Shown: positions 9,567-20,472 of the stretch, in pieces
How positions within the stretch are numbered: the stretch's first letter is position 1
Layout: each line of letters opens with the position of its first letter
Assembly (NCBI GenBank): GCA_023700245.1
Contig: JAJPRE010000002.1
Span: 34,363-98,362 of the forward strand
Reading direction: 5' to 3'
From: Candidatus Thalassarchaeaceae archaeon
GTDB lineage: Archaea > Thermoplasmatota > Poseidoniia > Poseidoniales > Thalassarchaeaceae
DNA length: 64,000 nt
Notes under the pieces: model-generated
The model's input: only the letters and a program-made list of their open reading frames with translations
Database searches by the model: none
What the model was told of the DNA's origin: nothing
Program-made: the position numbers and the translations under genes

Positions 9567-11339
9567 ATGGCAGAGTCTAGGCACCCATTGATTCGACTTC
9601 TATCTCACCTTAGGCGACATAGGTCAACCGTAATACTCGCCTCTATTTGTTCAATTTTAAATAAAATATGGGACCTTGCTCCACCATTATTGATTGGGAT
9701 GGCAATCGATGTTGTTGCACTAAAAGAAGAGTCATATTTGGCAACTTGGTATCCAGACCCAAAAGATCAATTTCTGCTGCTAACTGCTGCTACTGCCATC
9801 ATATGGATTTTGGAATCTATTTTTCAATATCTATATGATGTCCTTTGGCGAAATCTTGCTCAAACTGCACAACATGATCTAAGGATGGATGCATATTCTC
9901 ATATTCAAGATTTGGAGATGCAATGGTTCTCAGAGCAAACAACTGGGGGCTTAATGTCAGTAATGAATGATGACGTTAACCAATTAGAAAGATTTTTGGA
10001 TCAAGGTGCTAATGATCTTTTCCAAGTGGCCACTACGGTTTTTGTAGTTGGGGGAATAATGCTATTTTTAGCTCCAGAAGTTGCAATATGGGCTATTTTA
10101 CCTGTTCCTGTTATCGTCGGAGGATCCTTCCTTTTTCAAAGAAAAATAGGGGTAAGGTACTCCAATGTTCGAAAAGAAGTAAGTGATTTAAATGCAACAT
10201 TAAATAATAATTTACAAGGTATTACAACAATAAAATCATTTACTGCAGAGAACAGGGAAATTGAACGAGTTGAAATGGCATCTGCATCATATAGAGATGC
10301 TAATAGGGATGCAATCAAGCTTTCTGCATCCTTTGTTCCTTTAATTAGGATGGCCATCCTATTTGCATTTACTGCAAATATGCTGGTCGGCGGCTGGCTT
10401 GCGCTGGAAGGAGAATTAAGCCTTGGAGCATATTCGGTAATTGTATTCATTACTCAACGCCTATTATGGCCATTAACTAGATTGGGTCAAACTTTTGATC
10501 TTTACCAAAGAGCTATGGCTTCAACAACACGTGTACTTGATTTACTTGATACAAAAGTAGGGATTGTTGAGGGAAATCACTCATTAGAATCTATTCAAGG
10601 AGATATCAATTTTAAAAATATTGACTTTGCTTATTCCAATAGGGAAGATGTATTAAAGAATCTTAATTTATCTATTCCTTCAGGTTCAACAGTAGGCCTT
10701 GTGGGTGCTACCGGTTCGGGTAAAACAACATTGATTAGATTATTATTACGTTTTCATGATTCCTCAAATGGGATAATATCTATAGATGGATTTGATGTTC
10801 GTAATCTAACATTAAATTCTTTACGTAAATCTATTGGCTTAGTTAGTCAGAATACTACTTTATTTCCAGGTTCTGTCCGTGAAAATATTTTGTATGGCAA
10901 CCCAGATGCTAGTCAAGATGAAATTATCAATGCAGCTAAAGTTGGTGAGGCATTAGCCTTTATAGAAGAATTACCAAATAAGTGGGACACCAATATTGGT
11001 GAAGATGGGCATAAACTTTCTGGAGGGCAAAGACAACGGCTTGCTATAGCTAGAGCAGTGTTAAAGAATGCTCCAATTTTAATTCTAGATGAGGCTACAA
11101 GCAATGTGGACAATGAAACAGAGGCGGCATTACAAAGATCCATTGAGAAAATATCTGAAAATAGGACAACTTTAATTATCGCCCATAGGCTATCTACTGT
11201 CAGAAATGCAGATATAATTGCAGTAATAGAAGGAGGCCAAGTATCTGAATCCGGTACTCACGATTCCCTGTTAAGAAATGATGGACTATACTCCCGGCTA
11301 TGGAAGGTTCAAACAGGCGAATTACAAATCGTTAATTAG
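9567..11339 (+). CDS. ABC exporter, fused permease-ATPase (MsbA/MDR type)
   Basis: Six-TM N-terminal domain, then Walker A GATGSGKTT, signature LSGGQRQRLAIARAV, Walker B ILILDEATSNVD and the H-loop IIAHRL. Confidence 0.88.
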   Translation: MAESRHPLIRLLSHLRRHRSTVILASICSILNKIWDLAPPLLIGMAIDVVALKEESYLATWYPDPKDQFLLLTAATAIIWILESIFQYLYDVLWRNLAQTAQHDLRMDAYSHIQDLEMQWFSEQTTGGLMSVMNDDVNQLERFLDQGANDLFQVATTVFVVGGIMLFLAPEVAIWAILPVPVIVGGSFLFQRKIGVRYSNVRKEVSDLNATLNNNLQGITTIKSFTAENREIERVEMASASYRDANRDAIKLSASFVPLIRMAILFAFTANMLVGGWLALEGELSLGAYSVIVFITQRLLWPLTRLGQTFDLYQRAMASTTRVLDLLDTKVGIVEGNHSLESIQGDINFKNIDFAYSNREDVLKNLNLSIPSGSTVGLVGATGSGKTTLIRLLLRFHDSSNGIISIDGFDVRNLTLNSLRKSIGLVSQNTTLFPGSVRENILYGNPDASQDEIINAAKVGEALAFIEELPNKWDTNIGEDGHKLSGGQRQRLAIARAVLKNAPILILDEATSNVDNETEAALQRSIEKISENRTTLIIAHRLSTVRNADIIAVIEGGQVSESGTHDSLLRNDGLYSRLWKVQTGELQIVN

Positions 11340-11350
11340 GGGAAATTAGT

Positions 11351-11770
11351 TTGAGTATTGAGGATAAAAGTGTTCCAAAAATTTCTGTTCTAGCGGAATC
11401 TATGGGGATTAAATTAATTAATTTTCAAGAAGGAACATGTTCTGTTTATGCAAAGATATTGCCTCTTCACCTTAATGCCGGAGGAGTTGCTCATGGAGGG
11501 CTACATGCAACTATGCTAGATACTGCACTTGGTAGTGCACTGGTATCTACAATAAATAAAGATGAATGGTGCGCAACTGCACAACTCGATATTTCATATA
11601 TTGAACCAGGTTATGAAGGGGAGGAATTAATTGCTAATGGTTTTGTAATGAGAAGGGGAAGGACGCTAGCACACTGTGAAGGTACAATATCTGATTCAGA
11701 GGGTAAATTAATTGCAACTGGAAAGGGAACATGGATTATTTGGCAAATCAAACCAAAGAATTTACTTTAG
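11351..11770 (+). CDS. PaaI/hotdog-fold thioesterase
   Basis: NAGGVAHGGLHATMLDTALGSA is the PaaI-family core, and the length of about 139 aa fits. Confidence 0.75.
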   Translation: MSIEDKSVPKISVLAESMGIKLINFQEGTCSVYAKILPLHLNAGGVAHGGLHATMLDTALGSALVSTINKDEWCATAQLDISYIEPGYEGEELIANGFVMRRGRTLAHCEGTISDSEGKLIATGKGTWIIWQIKPKNLL

Positions 11771-11803
11771 TGTAATCATGACGGGCACATATTCATTAGG
11801 CAC

Positions 11804-12166
11804 ATGTCTTCACCCGATAACATGGCTAGAACAGATTCTATGATTTGGTTTATACTTGGTTTTGCCCAATTAATAGTTGCTAATTTAAATTATGGCGACG
11901 GAATACTTCAGATATTGGAAATCTTTCTCAATGTTTCAGGAGGGAGTTCTGTCATGGTGGGCCTTTATGTCTTATTGTTCATGGCTAAACACAGTCAAGA
12001 CTTCTCCGATGTTTATACTAAATATGAGAAAAGTGAAGTCATAAGATCAGATGAAGGCAACCTCGTAATTACTGATGGAGACTCCGTAGTAGCAAAAGGA
12101 ATGGGTATCATAGTTCCAGCAATACTTTCAGTATGTGCCGCGATTTATTGGCTAGCGTCAAATTAA
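11804..12166 (+). CDS. Hypothetical membrane protein
   Basis: Two or three hydrophobic helices and no recognisable motif. The long open frame in AT-rich DNA supports a coding call. Confidence 0.4.
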   Translation: MSSPDNMARTDSMIWFILGFAQLIVANLNYGDGILQILEIFLNVSGGSSVMVGLYVLLFMAKHSQDFSDVYTKYEKSEVIRSDEGNLVITDGDSVVAKGMGIIVPAILSVCAAIYWLASN

Positions 12167-12182
12167 AGGATGTGCACCTTTC

Positions 12183-12440
12183 TTGGAAGATAATCCAAAA
12201 GAATCTATTGTAGATAAAGTAGTAAATAATCCTGCATATGATTTATTGGGAGGATATCAATTATTCCTTAGGAGAGTCACAATTCCAATTTTACTTACAT
12301 TATTTTTATTACTATCATATACAATTTTTCTAAATTTTACTAATTCAAGTAATTCTTTCATACTTTCTTTTGGTTTCACTGGACTTATGTTAGGACCAGT
12401 TCTTAATTTAGATAGATTCATTGCAGAATTATTAAAATGA
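12183..12440 (+). CDS. Hypothetical small membrane protein
   Basis: Hydrophobic core PILLTLFLLLSYTIFL. It lies immediately upstream of the NfeD/flotillin pair. Confidence 0.35.
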   Translation: MEDNPKESIVDKVVNNPAYDLLGGYQLFLRRVTIPILLTLFLLLSYTIFLNFTNSSNSFILSFGFTGLMLGPVLNLDRFIAELLK

Positions 12441-12507
12441 CAGTTTTTTAATATTTTTTTATAATTTCGCCGAATATATCAAGTGTCATGACTCCTAGCA
12501 AGGGTTA

Positions 12508-13104
12508 ATGGCGCTAATAGATGAACTAATATTCGATTTATTTGGACTTTCGGCACCTACTGGCATAGAAATAATATTTGCTGGATCCGCAGTGATTGGG
12601 GGGGCTCTATTCTTATTTTGGTTTGCACTAATGATGATTGGAGGCATAACTGCCGACTTATTTGATGGTTTACTTGGTACTGACATCGATGCAATTGGGG
12701 CAGATGCATCATTTAAAGCATTGACTTTTCAAGGAATTATGGTTTTTATGATGTTTTTTGGTCTAGGTGGACTTTTTGTTCTTAAATCAGATGGAGGTAA
12801 CTCAATTGCAGTATTCGTCGGAGGAGTTTGTGGATTTGTATCGATGTATGGGACTGGAAAAATGTTTGAATTTTTTGTAGGCTTACAAGCCGATGGCACA
12901 GTGGACATCTCCCAGTCTATAGGTGCAAAAGGTACTGTTTATCTAGGAATAACCGAAGGTGAAGTTGGTCAAGTCCAGGTTGAGGTTGATGGGACAATGC
13001 GCACATACCCTGCCCGATGTCTAAATAAAAATGCGATTGATTATGGTGTGTTAATTCAAGTAAAAGAAGTCGTGGCTGGTACATTATTAGTTGAAAGAAT
13101 TTAG
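12508..13104 (+). CDS. NfeD-like (short form) membrane protein with C-terminal OB-fold
   Basis: N-terminal TM helices followed by a C-terminal beta-barrel-like segment (GAKGTVYLGITEGEVGQVQVEVDGTMRTYPARC...VVAGTLLVERI). It sits directly upstream of flotillin, the canonical NfeD-SPFH operon arrangement. Confidence 0.65.
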   Translation: MALIDELIFDLFGLSAPTGIEIIFAGSAVIGGALFLFWFALMMIGGITADLFDGLLGTDIDAIGADASFKALTFQGIMVFMMFFGLGGLFVLKSDGGNSIAVFVGGVCGFVSMYGTGKMFEFFVGLQADGTVDISQSIGAKGTVYLGITEGEVGQVQVEVDGTMRTYPARCLNKNAIDYGVLIQVKEVVAGTLLVERI

Positions 13105-13195
13105 TATTTTTTTTTGTATTTTCTATTATTTATGATGTCAGGCCGGCGAAGCATTCATCACTGACTGCTATCTCATACATGTCGGAGAAGTTGAT

Positions 13196-14638
13196 ATGTC
13201 GGTATATGAGACAATGCAGGAAAGCAATAGTGGTACTGATGGTGGTGCAATATTAACAATAATGTTATTTGCAATAATGTTGGTTTTTGCTGGGACAATA
13301 ATGTTCTTTGCTCAAAGGTATAAGAGATGCCCTCCTGATAAAATTATGGTAGTATATGGTAGAACTGAAAAAGGTAGGGCTTCAAAAACAATTCATGGTG
13401 GTGCAACCTTAGTGTGGCCACTGATTCAAGATTATGCCTTTCTTCCATTGACTCCAATTACAATTTCCATACCACTTGAAAATGCACTATCTAAACAAAA
13501 TATTAGGATAAGTATTCCAAGTACCTTTACTGTTGCTATAAGTACCGAACCACCTGTTATGTCTAATGCTGCTAACCGCCTATTGGGACTTAATATTGCA
13601 GATATTGAATCTATGGCTGCGGATATAATTTTAGGTCAATTACGTTTAACAGTTGCATCACTTACTATCGAACAAATAAATCAAGATAGGGAAGCATTTC
13701 TTTTTGAAATTCAGAAAAACGTTGATACTGAACTCCTAAAAATAGGATTATATCTCATAAATGTGAATTTGGTTGATATTACTGATGACTCAATGTACAT
13801 AGACAGTATAGGGAAGAAAGCTGCCGCAACTGCTGTTAATAATGCATTAGTGGATGTTTCAAATGCTGAAAGGGATGGTGCAATCGGATCATCCTTAGCT
13901 AGAAGAGAAAAAGAAATCCAAGTTGCAGATAACAATGCACAAGCAGTAAAGGGGCAGAAGCAAGCAGAAGCAGATAGACGTACTTTCGTAGAAGAGCAAG
14001 AAGCATTTGCTATCACAGGAGAAAATACCGCAAAGGAATCAATTGCTAGATCTAATGCCCAATTGGAAATAGCACAAGCGTCGGCAAAACAAGATGCAGA
14101 AGTTGCAAAGGCCAACGCTGAAGCATCCATTCAACGTGCTAAATATGATGAGGCAGAAGAAACACTAAAGGCACAAGAAATCGTGCGTGAGGAAATTCAA
14201 AAGCAACAGATTGAAATTGCAGCAAATGCCGAAGCGCAACGTATCCGTCTCGTAGCACAAGGTGAAGCAGATGGACTATTGGCTAAGTATAAAGCTGAAG
14301 CTGAAGGTATTCAACAATTATTGGAGGCCAAAGCTACAGGTTATGCTAAGCTTGTTTCCAGTGCATCTGGTGATGCTAAGGCTGCCGCAACCCTACTTAT
14401 GGTTGAGAAAATTGAATCTATGGTTTCAGCCCAAGTGGAAGCAATACGCAACTTGAAAATTGATAAAATCACTGTCTGGGATGGAGGAAATGCATCGGGC
14501 GATGGTACATCTGCAACAAGTAATTTCGTCAGTAGTTTAGTACAGAGTTTACCTCCAATACATGATGTTGCAAAGATGGCAGGCGTAGATTTGCCGGATT
14601 ATTTGGGGTCACTAAATCAGCCTTCTGATGATTCTTGA
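13196..14638 (+). CDS. Flotillin / SPFH (band 7) family protein
   Basis: N-terminal TM, an SPFH domain and a long EA-rich coiled-coil flotillin region (AQASAKQDAEVAKANAEASIQRAKYDEAEE...AEAQRIRLVAQGEADG). Confidence 0.85.
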   Translation: MSVYETMQESNSGTDGGAILTIMLFAIMLVFAGTIMFFAQRYKRCPPDKIMVVYGRTEKGRASKTIHGGATLVWPLIQDYAFLPLTPITISIPLENALSKQNIRISIPSTFTVAISTEPPVMSNAANRLLGLNIADIESMAADIILGQLRLTVASLTIEQINQDREAFLFEIQKNVDTELLKIGLYLINVNLVDITDDSMYIDSIGKKAAATAVNNALVDVSNAERDGAIGSSLARREKEIQVADNNAQAVKGQKQAEADRRTFVEEQEAFAITGENTAKESIARSNAQLEIAQASAKQDAEVAKANAEASIQRAKYDEAEETLKAQEIVREEIQKQQIEIAANAEAQRIRLVAQGEADGLLAKYKAEAEGIQQLLEAKATGYAKLVSSASGDAKAAATLLMVEKIESMVSAQVEAIRNLKIDKITVWDGGNASGDGTSATSNFVSSLVQSLPPIHDVAKMAGVDLPDYLGSLNQPSDDS

Positions 14639-14687
14639 TATCCTTAGATAGTTAGACTCATGAACGCCACCCCCCCGATGGGGCATC

Positions 14688-15935
14688 ATGGACATGGAAG
14701 ACGTAGTTATTATTGGAGGGGCCAGAACTCCATTTTGTGAGTGGCTAGGCGGTAAAAGAGGAGATGGAATCACCGGAGGAAGACTGTCAGAAATTTCAGC
14801 AGAAGACTTAGGTTCCATAGCAATAAAAGGCGCTTTAGATATTACAAATACGGATCCACAATCAGTAAATCATGTTGTTATGGGTCACGCACTTCAAACT
14901 TCAGATCAAGCAATTTTTGGCGCTAGACATTCAGGTCTCAAAGCAGGAATACCTCAAGAGGTTCCAATGTTGACATTAAATCGCCTGTGTGGAAGCGGTG
15001 CCCAATCAATTATTTATGGCGCTCAATTGATTATGCTAGGAGAAGCAGAAGTAGTTATTTCAGGAGGAATGGAAAACCTTAGTCAAGCCCCTCATGTCCT
15101 TAGGGGGATGAGGGATACCTACAAATTAGGCCGTCCTCCAAAAGAGGGTTTTGAACTACCAAAGGATATGGAAGATTATCTATTCACAAATTTAAAGGAT
15201 AATGTTCCTGGCTATTTTATGGCCCAAACTAGTGATGAGTTGTGCTCACGGATGAATATTACACGCCAAGAAGCAGACTCATTCGCAGTCCTCAGCCACC
15301 AGCGTACAGAATTAAGTATTGATAAAGGTATTTTTAAAGAAGAAATCATTAATGTGGATACTCCAAATGGATTAGTGACATCATCTGACGAAGATCATTT
15401 TGTACGAGGGACTTCACTGGAATCTCTCTCAAAACTCAGAGCCCATTTTGGTCCCAAATCTTTAGTTACTGCTGGAAATGCATCCGGCGTTGTTGACGGT
15501 GCCGCTGCTGTAGTTCTAAAATCTGCAAGCAGGGCTGCTAAAGATGGCGATATCCCCATTGCTAAAATAATTTCATGGGGAATAGTTGGCCTAGAGCCCG
15601 CTATTATGGCATATGGGCCCGTTCCCAGTAGTAGATTGGCACTAAAGAAAGCAGGCTTAAAAGTAGATGATATAGATAGATGGGAGATTAATGAAGCCTT
15701 TTCAGGGCAACTTGTAGCGTGCGTTAAAGAATTAAATTTAGATATCTCAAAAGTTAACGTAAATGGCGGTGCTGTAGGACTTGGCCACCCACTTGCAGCA
15801 ACCGGAACTCGCTTAATTCTGACACTTGCTCATGAATTAAAGCGATGCGGAGGAAGATATGGGGTAGCAACTGCATGCATAGGAGGCGGTCAAGGAATTG
15901 CAGTTTTAATAGAATCCATTTCTAATAATAACTAA
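14688..15935 (+). CDS. Acetyl-CoA C-acetyltransferase (thiolase)
   Basis: Active-site Cys context NRLCGSG, a C-terminal GHPLAATG and the terminal CIGGGQG motif. Confidence 0.9.
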   Translation: MDMEDVVIIGGARTPFCEWLGGKRGDGITGGRLSEISAEDLGSIAIKGALDITNTDPQSVNHVVMGHALQTSDQAIFGARHSGLKAGIPQEVPMLTLNRLCGSGAQSIIYGAQLIMLGEAEVVISGGMENLSQAPHVLRGMRDTYKLGRPPKEGFELPKDMEDYLFTNLKDNVPGYFMAQTSDELCSRMNITRQEADSFAVLSHQRTELSIDKGIFKEEIINVDTPNGLVTSSDEDHFVRGTSLESLSKLRAHFGPKSLVTAGNASGVVDGAAAVVLKSASRAAKDGDIPIAKIISWGIVGLEPAIMAYGPVPSSRLALKKAGLKVDDIDRWEINEAFSGQLVACVKELNLDISKVNVNGGAVGLGHPLAATGTRLILTLAHELKRCGGRYGVATACIGGGQGIAVLIESISNNN

Positions 15936-16740
15936 ATATATCTATACTATATCTTATTAGGCTTAGTATAATTGCAACTAAGAATGGATAAATTAAGAAA
16001 TCCTGTGGAATGATTTTTATTGCTGTCTTGGCCCCTAACCATGAAGATAAAAATACAATAAATCCAATAAATAATATCCATAATCCTATTTCATCAAATA
16101 ACTCCGGGCCACTCTGATCTATAATTAAATGAGATATTATCCCAACAGGAACAATCCATGTTTCTATTATGTATGAAGTTCCTGCAGCCTTATGTGGTTT
16201 CCAATTGAATAATGCTCTATGAAAAGTAACAAATAGCATACCTCCTCCTATTCCCAAAGCACCAGATGTGGTCCCTCCAAAAAAACATAATAATTTATAT
16301 TTTTTAGATGAATTTATTGTCATTAGTTCTAAATTCAAAATATCATTTTCAACATTTTCATCTTTAAATATATTATTTACAGTACTAATAATCACCCATA
16401 TTAATAAAAATGAAGCTGCCAATTTAATTACTAAATCTCCAAAATAATCTATCAATTTAGAGCTAATGACTGTACCACAGATTACTCCTATTAATGCAAA
16501 GGGTATTCCAATTTTTGCAACATCTTTGTCAGCATATCCTCCTTTTACATGTGCCATCCTACTACCTATTGATACGGTTAAGACCAATGATATTGAACCC
16601 AATATAGCTAAATGAATTTCCCATTCTAATAAATATAAGAAAATTGGTAAATAGAATATCCCTCCTCCTAATCCTAAGGGGGAAAACATAAATGCAGTCA
16701 ATAGAATTAAAATAACTGCTATTATTGATATAATTTCCAT
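15922..16740 (-). CDS. TauE/SafE (TSUP) family sulfite/anion exporter
   Basis: Two repeated 4-TM halves with GGG motifs (LGLGGGIFYLP, GALGIGGGMLFV). Confidence 0.75.
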   Translation of the reverse strand: MEIISIIAVILILLTAFMFSPLGLGGGIFYLPIFLYLLEWEIHLAILGSISLVLTVSIGSRMAHVKGGYADKDVAKIGIPFALIGVICGTVISSKLIDYFGDLVIKLAASFLLIWVIISTVNNIFKDENVENDILNLELMTINSSKKYKLLCFFGGTTSGALGIGGGMLFVTFHRALFNWKPHKAAGTSYIIETWIVPVGIISHLIIDQSGPELFDEIGLWILFIGFIVFLSSWLGAKTAIKIIPQDFLIYPFLVAIILSLIRYSIDIFSYY

Positions 16741-16758
16741 ATAAAAACCTACTTTTTA

Positions 16759-17802
16759 TTATGATAACAATATTATTACGATATAACTTGAAAACAACAT
16801 TATTGATGTAGCAATAATTCCGAGTATTAGGATTGGCCCTCCCGCCTTTCTCATACTTTCCTTTGTAATGAAGAAACCAACTGATGCAAGAAGGGGCAGT
16901 AACAAATATTTTCCAAGAGTCGTTAGAAATTCAGAAATTCCAAATGGAAGGAAAAATGTGGATAAAAAGGAGGAAATGATGAATCCAGGTATGAAGTATG
17001 GTATACTTCCAATTTTTGCAGGACTTTGTTCTCCATCACTTATTTTATTTCCAATTATTAAACAAATTGGGACTAATATGATTAATAAGCTAACTCTAGA
17101 AAGCTTAATTGCAGTTGTAATTGCAATTGCTTCGCCTCCAATTGCCTCACCTGCAGCAATTGCTTGCGGGACTGCATGAATGGTGGCTCCTGCCCAAATG
17201 CCTGCTTGTTGTTCCGTTAATCCAAGAAAAGAGGATAGTATTGGTATTATCAAGAATGTTATCAATCCTAATATATTGATTATTGCCAATATCACTCCCA
17301 CATTATCCTCTTTTAATTTAAGTCCTGGTGAGACCGCAATTACGGCACTATTTCCACAAACTGCACCCCCAGTTCCTAGTGCTATGCATGTGGCCAAATC
17401 TATATTCATATATTTCCCAATTATATAGCATATTCCAAAACTACTAATGGCAGTAGCAATAATCGTAAATAATCCAATTAATCCTATTTTTGGATCAAGG
17501 AATGATGTTAGATTTAGTCCAAATCCTAAGAATATTATTGTTACCGGCATTATCTTGCTAATCATCCATTTACCCCCCTTTGCAATGTCAGAAATAAAAA
17601 GTGCAGAGATTGATCCAAAAATTAAAGCAATAGTACTGGCACCTATACTAAATTTAATCGGAATATGAGGGAATAGGAGAGAATTAACCAGATAAGCAAT
17701 TAATGCTATAGTGAATGCTATATTTATCCCCTTAGTTTCTTGCATAATAAATCCCATCATATTCCAAGAACTAGACTCACTATTCCTGCAGCGCCAAGCC
17801 AT
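16759..17802 (-). CDS. Putative YeiH/UPF0324-family membrane transporter
   Basis: About 10 TM helices with Gly-rich helices. The true start is probably an internal Met (MQETKG), because the 5' end overlaps the stop of the TraB gene. Confidence 0.55.
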   Translation of the reverse strand: MAWRCRNSESSSWNMMGFIMQETKGINIAFTIALIAYLVNSLLFPHIPIKFSIGASTIALIFGSISALFISDIAKGGKWMISKIMPVTIIFLGFGLNLTSFLDPKIGLIGLFTIIATAISSFGICYIIGKYMNIDLATCIALGTGGAVCGNSAVIAVSPGLKLKEDNVGVILAIINILGLITFLIIPILSSFLGLTEQQAGIWAGATIHAVPQAIAAGEAIGGEAIAITTAIKLSRVSLLIILVPICLIIGNKISDGEQSPAKIGSIPYFIPGFIISSFLSTFFLPFGISEFLTTLGKYLLLPLLASVGFFITKESMRKAGGPILILGIIATSIMLFSSYIVIILLS

Positions 17803-18986
17803 GCACCAATTGAAGAACCGATATTGCCGAAAACAGTAACTAATAGAACTTTTCCAACGTTATTTTTCCAAAACACTGAAACTTTATCCATTATTAAAAA
17901 TTCTTTAGCATCTCTGCCTGTGGGGGGTGCCATCTTGAACTGCGTATATCCTGCAAACCATCCAGCAGCTATCGTCGGATTTAAGGAAGTTATTGGTGAA
18001 GCAATTGCCCCCACGATAACTGAAATTGGGTGCCCCCTTGCTAAAATTATGCCTAACCCTGCAAAAATCATATTCAATAGGATCCAAGTTTTAGCAACTT
18101 CTAATACCGCGGTAAATTCTCCTTTATATGCCAACCAGCCTATTGCAGAAAAAATAATCAAAGGAACAATCATCATAATTAATTTAGGTAATTTAGATTT
18201 ATTTGGAATTTCATTTAATTCATTTAAAATTGAACTTGAATCATTATCGAGGTTTGTCAAATTCTTTTTAATTCCTTCAACATGCCCTGCACCAACGACA
18301 GCCAGAATTTTCCCTTTGCTCCGTATTTGCCGAATTCGTTCCGATAAATATATGTCTCGCTCATCAATCAAAGCAATTCCTGCTCCTGGGGCAATATTAC
18401 GCGCCTCTTCTAGCATATTGCTTAGCATGTCGGAATCTTCCAGTAGGTCATCTATTTGTAATTCATCATCATCATCTTCTGACCATAGCATTGCATACAT
18501 TACTTTACATTTTTCAACAAATTTCATTTTCGCCCATGCTCTTCTTAAAGTTATTATTACATCTCTATCAATCAACTCAATTGGAATATCATTATCTTCT
18601 GAAGCCTTAACAGCTGCCAATAATTCTGCTCCTGGCTTTTCACCAGTGGTTAACCCCATTCTTCTCTGCTCTGCCGATAAAGCAGATTGCAACAATACCA
18701 TTGGCGCCTTACCATCATTGATGATTTTAAGCAAAGTCTCTGATTCTAATGAATCAGGCTCTTTAAGTGATTTTAATCTTGATTTGCACAATTCTATGGC
18801 AACTATGTCGGGCCCCCACTCTTTAATTTGTAATTCTACAGTAGCAATCGATTTCTTACTAATGTGCGCAGTTCCGATTATCCTTAGATTATGATCAATT
18901 TGATGAACATCACTAGATAAATATTCGGGCATAATATCACTTAATTGCTCCCATTGCGAGATATAGGTCATTATGTTCTGCAACAT
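17757..18986 (-). CDS. TraB/GumN family protein
   Basis: N-terminal HISKKS...VAIELC...R and later GAGHVEGI motifs of the TraB family, with C-terminal TM helices. Confidence 0.7.
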   Translation of the reverse strand: MLQNIMTYISQWEQLSDIMPEYLSSDVHQIDHNLRIIGTAHISKKSIATVELQIKEWGPDIVAIELCKSRLKSLKEPDSLESETLLKIINDGKAPMVLLQSALSAEQRRMGLTTGEKPGAELLAAVKASEDNDIPIELIDRDVIITLRRAWAKMKFVEKCKVMYAMLWSEDDDDELQIDDLLEDSDMLSNMLEEARNIAPGAGIALIDERDIYLSERIRQIRSKGKILAVVGAGHVEGIKKNLTNLDNDSSSILNELNEIPNKSKLPKLIMMIVPLIIFSAIGWLAYKGEFTAVLEVAKTWILLNMIFAGLGIILARGHPISVIVGAIASPITSLNPTIAAGWFAGYTQFKMAPPTGRDAKEFLIMDKVSVFWKNNVGKVLLVTVFGNIGSSIGAWLGAAGIVSLVLGI

Positions 18987-19884
18987 CGTGAACTCTGATT
19001 ATATCTACTTCTTTTGATGGTGCCATTGCTGCAACTCCTAATGTGCCTGCGAGTCTGTCTATATTTTCATCTCTTCCTAAAAGATCTGCAAATAATTTCT
19101 TTCTACTGACCCCCCACATTAATGAAATTTCTCTATCTGGTAATATTTCTCTTCCTGCTGATAGAAGTTGAAGATTATGCTCAAGTAATTTACCAAAACC
19201 TATTCCTGGATCATTAATTATATATTTTGTTTCAATTCCAAATTCCACTAACTCTCTGTTTTTACTTTCAAAGAAATAATTTACATCTTTAATTACATTT
19301 TCATAACTTGGATTATTTTGCATATTTCCTGGTAAACCCTTCATGTGCATAATACAAATGGGACACTTACTATCCAAGACAGTACTCTTCATTTCTGAAT
19401 CTGATAATCCAGAAACATCATTTATCATGTCTGCACCATTTATAATCGCCTCTTTTGCAACTACTGATTTTCGAGTATCTATTGATATTCCAATATCTGG
19501 TAATGCATCCCGAACATACTCAATTGCTTTAGAAATTCTAAGAAGTTCTGTTTCGGGAGATACAAATCCTGCTCCCGGCCTAGTCGATTCTCCACCTATA
19601 TCTATCCAATCCGCACCATTATCGGCCATGTGAATTGCTCTTTCTACAATTAAATCTATATTATTAAGTCGCGAATTCTTAAAAAACGAATCAGGAGTCA
19701 AATTTATGATCCCCATTATTCTCGGAAATCCATTTTTTCGGCGTTTCATAATAGGTCGCCAGTCAGCCATATTGTACTTCCATTCTGCGTATCCTTTATG
19801 ATGTGACGGAGAGACAAGACGTATATGGCAATCGGAGAGGGCATCGATGATGAAGTCCCACAGAATCAAATTGGGGGTGACCAT
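18937..19884 (-). CDS. folP: Dihydropteroate synthase
   Basis: GIINLTPDSFF, DIGGESTRPG and the C-terminal IIRVHDV are classic DHPS motifs. The start is probably the internal MADWRPIM. Confidence 0.85.
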   Translation of the reverse strand: MVTPNLILWDFIIDALSDCHIRLVSPSHHKGYAEWKYNMADWRPIMKRRKNGFPRIMGIINLTPDSFFKNSRLNNIDLIVERAIHMADNGADWIDIGGESTRPGAGFVSPETELLRISKAIEYVRDALPDIGISIDTRKSVVAKEAIINGADMINDVSGLSDSEMKSTVLDSKCPICIMHMKGLPGNMQNNPSYENVIKDVNYFFESKNRELVEFGIETKYIINDPGIGFGKLLEHNLQLLSAGREILPDREISLMWGVSRKKLFADLLGRDENIDRLAGTLGVAAMAPSKEVDIIRVHDVAEHNDLYLAMGAIK

Positions 19885-20472
19885 AGTAATTCTCCCGATA
19901 ACGAGACTTTATTTATTATGGATTCAATAATTCAGAGATTAAAGCCAAAAGATTCTCATCATGTAAAGGAAATGATTAACCAAAGAGGACTAGCATCCGG
20001 TGCACTTTTGATGACTAGTCTATTATTCTGGTGGATTTCTATAAAAAAAGGTGGCGATCAAGTTAATGACTCTAATATCCCCGTTTCTATGATTGGCCAA
20101 TTTGAATTTGAAACTTTAAGTATTGTAGTTGCAATAATAATATTCATGGCTACATTAGTCATGATAATGGGAAGAGAAAAGGGGAATGCAACAATTTCTA
20201 ATTTGGGCGGATTATTGATTGTACTTGGAATTTTTTATATTCTTGAACCACTGATATTAAATTTTGAAGAACTGGGTGCCGAATCTGCAATTTTTGCATC
20301 CGGACGCCTCTTTGGCCTTGCAACAATGATTTTCCTTTCTTCTAAGTTTTTCTTTGATGCACTATTACTTCAATGGGTTAGTTCAAGTATGGTCAATATG
20401 GGTATCGATGTCTTGTCTAAAAATAATTATGAGGATAATATAAGCCCCAATGAAGAAGAAAATTCATATTAA
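19825..20472 (+). CDS. Hypothetical membrane protein
   Basis: 4-5 hydrophobic helices. TAATG stop/start overlap with the downstream aTrm56 gene. The real start is probably MDSIIQRL. Confidence 0.4.
   Translation: MAIGEGIDDEVPQNQIGGDHSNSPDNETLFIMDSIIQRLKPKDSHHVKEMINQRGLASGALLMTSLLFWWISIKKGGDQVNDSNIPVSMIGQFEFETLSIVVAIIIFMATLVMIMGREKGNATISNLGGLLIVLGIFYILEPLILNFEELGAESAIFASGRLFGLATMIFLSSKFFFDALLLQWVSSSMVNMGIDVLSKNNYEDNISPNEEENSY

Noticed and set aside
17740-18894. 384-aa plus-strand ORF
   Set aside because: It is entirely antisense to the TraB-family gene, which has recognisable motifs. Its low-complexity Ser/Ile/Pro-rich translation is typical of a shadow ORF.
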